The notes under the pieces: generated by a model
Database searches by the model: none
Told to the model about the DNA's origin: nothing
What the model saw: the letters and a program-made list of their open reading frames with translations, nothing else
Part shown: positions 9,681 through 17,449 of the stretch, in pieces
Layout of the letters: every line of letters begins with the position of its first letter
How positions within the stretch are numbered: the stretch's first letter is position 1
Assembly (NCBI GenBank): GCA_004524535.1
Contig: SDNY01000050.1
Coordinates: 1 to 23,709 of the forward strand
Origin: Promethearchaeota archaeon
Lineage (GTDB): Archaea; Asgardarchaeota; Lokiarchaeia; Sigyniarchaeales; SOKP01
Direction of reading: 5' to 3'
DNA: 23,709 nt
Made by a program: the position numbers and the translations under genes

Positions 9681-9965
9681 ATTACTCCATATAAAAAAAG
9701 AAGATTCTTAGTATGTACAAATGAGAAATGTAATAAGAAGTATCTAGCTGTTCCCGCAAAAGAAAAAATACAAATTTTGGACTCCACATGTGCAATTTGT
9801 GGCTTTAATATTTTTAAAATTGGGACTTATAAGAATAATAAGTATTTCAATTATTTTATATGTCCTAAATGCTGGACTGAAGGTTTGGAAACTAAATCAG
9901 GAAAAGGATTTTGCTCAAATTGCGATAATTATAAAATCGTAAAAAATCAATGTATGAAAAAATAG
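9681..9965 (+). pseudogene. duplicated topA C-terminal Zn-ribbon fragment
   Basis: Encodes the last ~94 aa of TopA with 4 substitutions. An in-frame TAG lies just upstream (9672-9674), and the only usable start is TTG 9777. Confidence 0.8.
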
Positions 9966-10003
9966 ATGGGGATAGCTATTTTCTTATAAACCGATATTTA
10001 GTA
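9681..10003. repeat. direct repeat copy 2 (323 bp)
   Basis: Offset 1340 bp from 8341-8663, about 96% identical. Confidence 0.95.
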
Positions 10004-10347
10004 TACGCTGCTCTGGTTAATAGTATATAATTGTCAGAGAGTTTGTAATAAATATTTCCATTAACAATTCTTTTCTGCAAATAATTGGTTGTTAAATTCT
10101 TATTAATATTAGAAATCATAACTTGTAAAGTTACAGTTCCCATAAATCCATGTTGTTTCCGCGTGATTCTTATTATTTCGTTTTCCGAATGCCATTGCCC
10201 GTCTAATAATATCATTAGAATATTATTTTTTGGGCTTTCAGGAGTATTTATTTCTTTAATTTTTTGGAAGATATTGGTATATTTTGGTTTGAAATAAATT
10301 CTCATGAGGGTAGCCATATTAAAATTTTTTTCATTAAAATTTTCCAC
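9976..10347 (-). CDS. hypothetical protein, possible winged-helix fold; paralog of 10398-10763
   Basis: Shares YFKPKY...LLDGxWHSExxxxR...MGxVTL..M...YYKxxDN..xLTRAAY with its neighbour; GTG start. Confidence 0.8.
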   Translation of the reverse strand: MENFNEKNFNMATLMRIYFKPKYTNIFQKIKEINTPESPKNNILMILLDGQWHSENEIIRITRKQHGFMGTVTLQVMISNINKNLTTNYLQKRIVNGNIYYKLSDNYILLTRAAYTKYRFIRK

Positions 10348-10397
10348 CTAGCTACACCATCAAAATTAGAATTATAATTAAGATTATCAATATTAAA

Positions 10398-10763
10398 TTA
10401 GATTAGATTGGAGAGGTCTCTATTATAGGCGGCTCTTGTCAATCCGACGAAGTTATCGCAAATCTTGTAATACATTTCATTATTTATTATTTTTTTCTCA
10501 ACATAATTACTTTTTAGCATATGATTTATTGAATTTAACATAGTACCAAGAGTTACAATCCCCATATATCGATGTTGCCTTTTAGCTAATCTTACTAAAT
10601 CCGATTCGCTGTGCCAGCACCCATCGAGTAGAAAGCCGAGTAGATCGTTCTTTACAGGAGTCTGTATATCTTTAATTTTTTTAAAAAGTATTGAATATTT
10701 TGGTTTGTAATACCTATTGGTATTAGTCGATTTTTCAATTTTATATTCAGGATGTTCTTCCAA
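10398..10763 (-). CDS. hypothetical protein, possible winged-helix fold; paralog of 9976-10347
   Basis: Same conserved blocks as the neighbour; TTG start preceded by SD-like AGGTGG. Confidence 0.8.
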   Translation of the reverse strand: MEEHPEYKIEKSTNTNRYYKPKYSILFKKIKDIQTPVKNDLLGFLLDGCWHSESDLVRLAKRQHRYMGIVTLGTMLNSINHMLKSNYVEKKIINNEMYYKICDNFVGLTRAAYNRDLSNLI

Positions 10764-10981
10764 GTTTGTGCCACCTTTCAGAATTTAAATAAATTACTAA
10801 GAATATGTATAAAAATCTTCTTCTTAATTAGATGTATTATCTTCGTATTACTACGGTTTTGTGATCACTTTATTATCAGTTCAAAAAACATTAAAAATTA
10901 TACTAGAAAGAAAAAAAGATATACCTATATTTACCGTCTTATTTTTCTCCTTATTAAATTCTGTATTTTTTTAAACTGAAA

Positions 10982-12343
10982 ATGAGTGTAGATCAAAAAG
11001 AAACTGATAGAACTTTCAATATTTTATGCTTATTTACTTCAGCGCACTTCTTCAATGGGGCCATTCTTCCTGTAAATATAGGGATTATACTTAATGATCT
11101 TCCTGGAACTTCAGCTTATTTAATCAGTATTTTGGTAGCTTTAACAACTATGACGCTCTTAATTAGTACAATATTTTTTGGATTTATTAGTGAAAAACTA
11201 AAAAGTCAAAATGCTAAGAAAAATGCTTTAATCATTTCAGAGTCAATCTATTTTATCCCTCTTATATTCCAGGCTCTTTCACCTAATTTTATGTTTTATT
11301 TTATATGTGCTTTAATTGTCGCATTTGGTTCTGGTGCTTACACTCCTCTCGCAGTAGTAATGATCTCAGAATTATATGCTCCAGAAGAGAGAGGAAAAAG
11401 ATTTGGTCAGATGAATTTCTTTAACATTCTTGGTGCTGGAGGTGGGCTTCTATTTGGAGCGCTATTTATTTATTTACTTGGTCCATTTGGATGGAGATTT
11501 ACCATCGGATTAATTGCTATATTAGGCTTATTAGATATAGTAGTATATTTTTATAGGGGAATTGAACCTGAAAGAGGACGTGTCGAGCCAGAGTTTCAAG
11601 ATTTTGATGGAGTTATTGAATATGATTACAAAATAACATTTTCTAAATTTAATCAATTATTAAAGAAAAAGACAATTGCGGGAATATTTCTATATATCCT
11701 AATTTCGATGATATGTGTTGGTCCTCTCAGTTTATGGATGATCTTTTATCTAAGTCAAAAATTTGGAGGAGAAAATGCTATAATCATTGCTACAATTTTA
11801 GTTATTCTGACAGGAATTGGAGCCTTATTTGGGGCCATATTGGGGGGAAAATTAGGCGATAAGCTATATAAGAAAGGGCATCCTAGAGGTAGAGTTTTAT
11901 TATCCATGGTAGGTATAATGCTAGGTGTTATTTGTTTCTTCATATTTTATCTAATACCATTTACTTCGTCTAATTTAACTGAACTCATCATTATATGGAT
12001 CTTTTTGTTACTTATTGGTTTTACTGCGTTTTTTCTAACATCTTTTCCCGCTTCAAACATTAATGCCATATATGCTGAGGTCTGCGTTCCAGAGGAACGA
12101 AGTTCCATTAATTCTATTAGTTTAATAATGTCTAATATTGGAACGATAATAGGACATTTAATTGTAGCAATTATAATTCAGGATTCGATTTCAAACTTAT
12201 CCTTTGCTATATCATTCCTTTTAGTAATTTATTTGCTTAGTACTCTTCTATGGATAATACCTCACATATATTATCCAAGAGAAGCAGCGGAGTGCAGAGA
12301 ATTAATGAGAAGTAGAAGAAAAGAACTTGATGGAAGAAAATGA
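10982..12343 (+). CDS. MFS transporter
   Basis: About 12 hydrophobic helices; ISELYAPEERGKRFG, GGKLGDKL and VPEERS MFS loop motifs. Confidence 0.92.
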   Translation: MSVDQKETDRTFNILCLFTSAHFFNGAILPVNIGIILNDLPGTSAYLISILVALTTMTLLISTIFFGFISEKLKSQNAKKNALIISESIYFIPLIFQALSPNFMFYFICALIVAFGSGAYTPLAVVMISELYAPEERGKRFGQMNFFNILGAGGGLLFGALFIYLLGPFGWRFTIGLIAILGLLDIVVYFYRGIEPERGRVEPEFQDFDGVIEYDYKITFSKFNQLLKKKTIAGIFLYILISMICVGPLSLWMIFYLSQKFGGENAIIIATILVILTGIGALFGAILGGKLGDKLYKKGHPRGRVLLSMVGIMLGVICFFIFYLIPFTSSNLTELIIIWIFLLLIGFTAFFLTSFPASNINAIYAEVCVPEERSSINSISLIMSNIGTIIGHLIVAIIIQDSISNLSFAISFLLVIYLLSTLLWIIPHIYYPREAAECRELMRSRRKELDGRK

Positions 12344-12435
12344 CTAACAATTCAAGACAATCAAGATTGGATATTCCATATTATGAGCAAGATCCTATGA
12401 AATGTGGTCCTATTTGCCTTAAAATGATTTTCTAA
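12340..12435 (+). pseudogene. truncated N-terminus of a C39-like cysteine peptidase
   Basis: ATG overlaps the MFS stop (ATGA). Reads MTNNSRQSRLDIPYYEQDPMKCGPICLKMIF*, matching the C39 pattern LxxPxxxQxxxxCGPxCLxM, then stops. Confidence 0.6.
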
Positions 12436-12627
12436 TCAATATCTATTAGAAGTTATATGTCTAATAACATGTTCATTCACCAATTTAAAGTAATTAATTA
12501 ATTTTTAAAATAATAATATATTATTCTCTTTAGCTTTTATAAAGAATAATTTAAAATCGTTCTGAGGCTTTGAGGATTTATCATAATAATTTATTAAATT
12601 ATTCAATAATAGATAGGAAATTTAAAA

Positions 12628-13749
12628 TTGACTGTTTTAGATGATTTTACTAAAGGAGATTCCCTTTTAAATCCGTGGATGGATGAATGGAAAAAACAGG
12701 GAAAAAAAATATTAGGATATTTTTGTACTTATATCCCAGAGGAGATAATTCATGCAGCAGATATTTTACCAGTTAGGATTAGAGCAAAAGGTTGCACGGA
12801 CACTCCAATGGGAGATGCCTACTTATCACCTACGACTTGTTCTTTTACCCGCTGTTGCCTTGAGATGGCAAATAGAAAGCAATTTGATTTTCTTGATGGG
12901 ATAATTTCTTGTAATAGTTGTGATCAAATCCGTAGACTTTACGATAATATACGATATAAAACACCATTTTCCAATCAATATTTTCTGAGTGTTCCTAGTA
13001 ATGTAAATGATATAACAATAGATTTTTTTAAATATGAATTAAATAAGTTCAAAAATTATTTAGAAAAAACATTTAATGTCGACATTACTGAGGAAAAACT
13101 CAAAAATTCAATAGAATTACATAATAAAAGCAGAACTCTTCTTAAAGAATTATATTTGCTCAGAAAGAAAAAGAATCCTCCTATTACTGGCACTGATATA
13201 ATGAATATTCTACTCTCTGGAGTTTCAATGCCTAAAAATCAATTTAATGAGTTATTAACTACACAGCTAAAAGAAATTGAAGGAAAAGAAGGAATCTCTG
13301 ACGATAAATCAAGAATAATGCTGGTAGGAAGCATGCTGGATGATCCTGAATATGTTAAAATAATTGAGGATTTAGGGGGTTTAATTGTTAATGATGCCGT
13401 TTGTATTGGCACGAAATATTTTTGGGAGATAGTAGATGAAAACTTAGATCCTTTAGATGCTCTTGCGAACCGTTATTTATCAAGAGTATCTTGTCCGCGG
13501 ATGGCTGGTGAACAGTCTAAAAGAGTTGATTTTGTATTAAATTTAATTAAAGAGTTCAATGTTGATGGAGTTATCTTTCAGAGAATGAAGTTCTGCCCGT
13601 TTTGGTGGGCAGAAATATTTGTTCTTAGGGATGAATTGAAAAAACAAGGCGTTCCCTTTCTTGATTTGGAAAGGGAATATGTATTAAGTGGTGCCGGAGC
13701 GATGAAAACACGTGTTCAAGGATTTATGGAAGTATTAGAGGGGAAGTAA
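12628..13749 (+). CDS. hgdB: 2-hydroxyacyl-CoA dehydratase / benzoyl-CoA reductase family subunit (HgdB/BcrC-like)
   Basis: GYFCTYIPEEIIHAA, TCSFTR, SCDQIRR, RYL...SCPR, MKFC, KTRVQGFME; TTG start. The symbol is family-level and the substrate is unknown. Confidence 0.85.
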   Translation: MTVLDDFTKGDSLLNPWMDEWKKQGKKILGYFCTYIPEEIIHAADILPVRIRAKGCTDTPMGDAYLSPTTCSFTRCCLEMANRKQFDFLDGIISCNSCDQIRRLYDNIRYKTPFSNQYFLSVPSNVNDITIDFFKYELNKFKNYLEKTFNVDITEEKLKNSIELHNKSRTLLKELYLLRKKKNPPITGTDIMNILLSGVSMPKNQFNELLTTQLKEIEGKEGISDDKSRIMLVGSMLDDPEYVKIIEDLGGLIVNDAVCIGTKYFWEIVDENLDPLDALANRYLSRVSCPRMAGEQSKRVDFVLNLIKEFNVDGVIFQRMKFCPFWWAEIFVLRDELKKQGVPFLDLEREYVLSGAGAMKTRVQGFMEVLEGK

Positions 13750-13859
13750 ATTGGATGAGGAGATCTCCAGAGAATATAAAACGAGACGAGGAAAAATTTC
13801 AGATTTCTGAAGCCAAATTATTAGATAAATTATATTTAATTTGAATTAAAGGTAAAAAA

Positions 13860-15215
13860 ATGAATGAACTAAGAATTGAAGAAGAACTTAAAGAATATAA
13901 AAAGCTTGGAAGAGGAAATTGGGGTGAAGGATTCGGTCTTTTGAAAGGAATGTATAATGGGTTCATTACTCGAATTAGAGACGAAGCAGCAGAAATGGAA
14001 GAAGAACAAGACGAAATAATGCCCCCCATGAAAATGCTCTTAAACTTATTACTCGATCTCAGAAATGCTAGGCGCGAAGGAAGAAAAATTTGTATGCATC
14101 CTTTCAATTATGGACCAGAGTTACTTTATACTATGGGTTTAGTCCCTCTAATGCAAGAGCTTTTCAGTGTAGGATTGGCAACTACCCATATTAATGAATT
14201 TTATCTTGATATAACCAACAAAATCGGATATGGAGATAATCCCACTTTATGTAATGCGCAGAGACCATTAATCGGAGCTTATATGCAAAAAGCTGCTCCT
14301 GTTCCAGATCTTCTCTTCTTTTTATCAACTCCATGTAATTCTCTTTCAATAACATATCAAGTATTTCAACACATAACAAATGTTCCTTTATTCAACATAG
14401 ATATCCCCTATTGGGCACATGAACATAGCAGTGAATTTTATGATGAGAGAATAATGGATTATATGCTCTCTCAATTAAAAAATTTTATACCTTGGTTAGA
14501 AAAACAAACAAACAGGAAATTTGAGATTGAGAAATTTCAGGAAACTATGAATTTAGTGAACCAATCGCGGGAATATGTAAGTGATTTCAATGAACTTTTA
14601 AAGACTGTTCCTTGTCCTGTACCTAGTATAGCAGGTTTTGGGAATTGGTTAGCAATGACATTACGTGGTGGTACTTCCGAGGCTGTTAAAGTTACTAAAT
14701 ATATACGTGATCAGGCTGCGGAAAGAGTTAAAGAAGGATTAGGTGGAGTAGAAGATGAGAAACTTCGAATTGCATGGCCCTATACTCATGTATTTTTTGA
14801 TCAAGAGCTATTCAAATGGTTAGAGGAAGAATTTCAAGCCGTTACAATAATGGATATTTTAGGGTTCTATCCAGTGGGCCCTCATGATACATCAACACTA
14901 GAAAAATGTTATGAAAGCTTAGCGTTAGGTACTTTAGATTATTCTATGATTGGAACATGTCGTGGACCGGTTGAGTATTTTGTTGATTTTCTGATAAATT
15001 GGATAAATGAATATAAAATTGATTGTGTTATCATTCCTATGCAGTTTGCGTGTAAACATGCTTACGCTATGACAACGTTAGCTTCCGAAATAGCGAGACA
15101 GGAAACTGGAGTCCCTACATTGGTTTTTGGTTGCGATCCTTATGACTCAAGAGAAGTTCCCTCAGAAACGATACGAGCAAAAATTTCAGAATTTTTAAAC
15201 CAGATTGTATTATAA
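13860..15215 (+). CDS. hgdA: 2-hydroxyacyl-CoA dehydratase / benzoyl-CoA reductase family subunit (HgdA/BcrB-like)
   Basis: Three putative Fe-S cysteines (LCNAQR, STPCNS, FACKH), PCPVP, GVPTLVFGCDPYDSR. The symbol is family-level. Confidence 0.8.
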   Translation: MNELRIEEELKEYKKLGRGNWGEGFGLLKGMYNGFITRIRDEAAEMEEEQDEIMPPMKMLLNLLLDLRNARREGRKICMHPFNYGPELLYTMGLVPLMQELFSVGLATTHINEFYLDITNKIGYGDNPTLCNAQRPLIGAYMQKAAPVPDLLFFLSTPCNSLSITYQVFQHITNVPLFNIDIPYWAHEHSSEFYDERIMDYMLSQLKNFIPWLEKQTNRKFEIEKFQETMNLVNQSREYVSDFNELLKTVPCPVPSIAGFGNWLAMTLRGGTSEAVKVTKYIRDQAAERVKEGLGGVEDEKLRIAWPYTHVFFDQELFKWLEEEFQAVTIMDILGFYPVGPHDTSTLEKCYESLALGTLDYSMIGTCRGPVEYFVDFLINWINEYKIDCVIIPMQFACKHAYAMTTLASEIARQETGVPTLVFGCDPYDSREVPSETIRAKISEFLNQIVL

Positions 15216-15263
15216 AAAGAGGATATGAATAATTACAAATTGTATTATAAAAAAAGGATATGA
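15204..15263. repeat. short direct repeat (2 x 25 bp, 35-bp period) duplicating stop codon, RBS and ATG
   Basis: attgtattataaaaagaggatatga (15204-15228) vs attgtattataaaaaaaggatatga (15239-15263). Confidence 0.8.
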
Positions 15264-16051
15264 TTAAAATGATTGTAGCAGGATGTGATGTCGGATCTTT
15301 AACTGGAAAGGCAGTAATTTTAAAAGACGGAGATATACTTTCTCAATGTATTGTTCCAACAACTCCTAAGCCAGTAAGAACCGCAAAAAATGCAATGAAT
15401 GGAGCATTAGAAAAATGTGCTCTATCTTTGGACGATATTGAATATATCGTAGGGACGGGTTATGGTCGAGTAAAAATCCCGTTTGCAACTATGGAAACTT
15501 CAGAATTAACATGTCATGGGAAAGGAGCTCATTCATGTATACCAGAAATAAGAACCATAATTGATGTAGGCGGTCAAGATTGTAAAGTTATAAAGGTTAA
15601 TAAAGATGGGAAGATGCTAGACTTTGCGATGAATGATAAATGTGCTGCCGGAACCGGGAGATTCTTAGAAGTAATGGCAAAAACTCTTGAGTTAAAACTA
15701 GAAGAACTCGGTCCTATTTCTCTTAAATCAAATAGCCCCGCAAAAATTACATCTCAATGTAGTGTATTCGCGGAAACGGAGGTTGTAAGTCTAATGGCTG
15801 ACGACACAGAAGTATCAGATATAGTTGCTGGGATTCATGATGCCATAGCAGCAAGAATCATGACTTTAGTTTATAGAGTGGGTCTTGAGAAGGAAGTCGT
15901 TATTTCAGGAGGAGTCGCAAAAAATGTCGGCGTAGTTAATTACTTAGAAAAAAGAATGGGTATGAAAACAATGGCACTGCCAGTTGATCCTCAAATAATA
16001 GGTGCCTTGGGGGCTGCTCTTATAGCGAATGATAAAGCAAAATCCCAATAA
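15260..16051 (+). CDS. hgdC: CoA-substrate-specific enzyme activase (HgdC/BadF/BcrA-D family ASKHA [4Fe-4S] ATPase)
   Basis: GCDVGSLTGK, GTGYGR, ELTCHGKG, IDVGGQDCK, MNDKCAAGTGRFLE, CSVFAETE, SGGVAKN, GALGAAL. The start may be ATG 15269. Confidence 0.92.
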   Translation: MIKMIVAGCDVGSLTGKAVILKDGDILSQCIVPTTPKPVRTAKNAMNGALEKCALSLDDIEYIVGTGYGRVKIPFATMETSELTCHGKGAHSCIPEIRTIIDVGGQDCKVIKVNKDGKMLDFAMNDKCAAGTGRFLEVMAKTLELKLEELGPISLKSNSPAKITSQCSVFAETEVVSLMADDTEVSDIVAGIHDAIAARIMTLVYRVGLEKEVVISGGVAKNVGVVNYLEKRMGMKTMALPVDPQIIGALGAALIANDKAKSQ

Positions 16052-16148
16052 TAAGATAGATTCAATACCCTATTTTTCTTATCTAAATAATAATTTTTAA
16101 AAATTCCTCAATACTTTAGTATTTTCTTCCAGATTTCGAAAAATAATT

Positions 16149-17261
16149 TTATAATAAGTTGCCCGGAATGCCATCTGAATAATATTTTGAGCGTGTTATC
16201 CAATTTTCAGAAAATTCTGGAATCATTGCTAAAATTGATCCTCCAATCCATACTGAATAAGTTCTTTCCCTAGGTGCGATGATTCTTATTCCTTGGTTCT
16301 TCTTTTTTTGCCTTGCTAATTCCACTTCCAACTCACTATAAATTCGTGATTTAAGATTAGGAAACATCGATGATCCTCCTGATAAAAAAATATTATTTAA
16401 CAGTTCCGAACGTATATCTAAATCACATAAATCAAGAACTTCTATAATAGCTTTAGGTAATGAAGTATATTCTAAGTTTATTAGGGAAGGATTAAATAAA
16501 ACTTCAGGAAGCATAAATCTTTCTTTAGAAAGAGTAATTGTTGAACCGTCTGGCAATGAATATTGCTTTGAATATTGTTCCGCTCTATTAAGATCTTCTT
16601 TATAATCTAAAGAGACAAAACAAGCTTTTTCTTTTAAAACTCTAACTAAGTCCCTTCTTATAGATGAATCAACCACGAAACCTATTGAAGTCAAAATTGT
16701 TTCCAATTGCCGAGTTAATACCTTTCCACCTATATCAATAATCTTAACTGCGTGATTTAATTTAAAGCCTTCATAAATAGGGACAATTCTAGTATTACTA
16801 TCTCCAATTTCAATTACTAAACCTGTTTGAAATCCCCCTGAATAGAGAGTGCACATGGAATCTAAAACGGGATAAAATGCCATGCATTGATAATCTTCTA
16901 AGAATAGCTGAAATAATCTTTCCAAATCCTGTTTTGGAAACAGAGGATGTACGGCATATAATACATTTACAAGAGTTGGATCTACTCTTAAACCATAAAA
17001 GATATAATCCAAAATTTTAGAAAAATAGTTCCAATCAGTAATTTTACCCTTTTCCATAGGTGAATAAATTTTGTATAGTCCAATCGACTGAATCTCATCG
17101 CCCACATATAATTCTTGCTCACGTGTACCATGCCCTTCAAAATCTTGATATTTTGGTTTCCCGACCATAGTAAAAAACACTTGAGATGGATAATCCTCTC
17201 CAGCAAAACCCCCCTTTGTAGAAAATTGACCGATATCTAAAACAATAGTAAGATTACCCAT
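16149..17261 (-). CDS. actin-family protein (divergent Asgard actin-related protein)
   Basis: IVLDIG..STKGGFAGEDYP, YVGDE, IVPIYEGF, VLKEKACFVSLDY, YSLPDG..I....ERF..PEVLFNPS, LSGGSSMFP and ERTYSVWIGGSILA are colinear with eukaryotic actin over 370 aa. Confidence 0.95.
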   Translation of the reverse strand: MGNLTIVLDIGQFSTKGGFAGEDYPSQVFFTMVGKPKYQDFEGHGTREQELYVGDEIQSIGLYKIYSPMEKGKITDWNYFSKILDYIFYGLRVDPTLVNVLYAVHPLFPKQDLERLFQLFLEDYQCMAFYPVLDSMCTLYSGGFQTGLVIEIGDSNTRIVPIYEGFKLNHAVKIIDIGGKVLTRQLETILTSIGFVVDSSIRRDLVRVLKEKACFVSLDYKEDLNRAEQYSKQYSLPDGSTITLSKERFMLPEVLFNPSLINLEYTSLPKAIIEVLDLCDLDIRSELLNNIFLSGGSSMFPNLKSRIYSELEVELARQKKKNQGIRIIAPRERTYSVWIGGSILAMIPEFSENWITRSKYYSDGIPGNLL

Positions 17262-17346
17262 GGGAAAAAAAAGAAAAAATAATTCACTATAAATAACTAA
17301 ATAAAATCATTTATTTAATTTTATACAAACTTTTCTAATTATACAA

Positions 17347-17372
17347 TAAGCTCTGTTTGAGCTTAAAAAAAA
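17347..17372 (-). promoter_or_regulatory. inverted repeat plus T8 tract between the proline-rich gene and the actin-like gene (possible terminator or operator)
   Basis: taagctc-tgttt-gagctta (17347-17365) with an adjacent A run (17365-17372) that reads as oligo-T on the - strand. Confidence 0.35.
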
Positions 17373-17449
17373 TCAAAAATAAGAGCGTTAAATCAAATAT
17401 TTAGAAAAATAAATATTCAGAAAAGTAAGTTACAACGAATTTTTGTAAC

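Noticed and set aside
8341-10003. Diversity-generating retroelement template/variable repeat pair
   Set aside because: Mismatches are not adenine-specific in either direction (several C/T changes), are mostly synonymous, and no reverse transcriptase is present.
10085-14379. ORFs 10085-10297, 10752-10979, 11755-11943, 13799-14107, 14191-14379
   Set aside because: Antisense to well-supported genes, or low-complexity translation of an AT-rich divergent promoter region.
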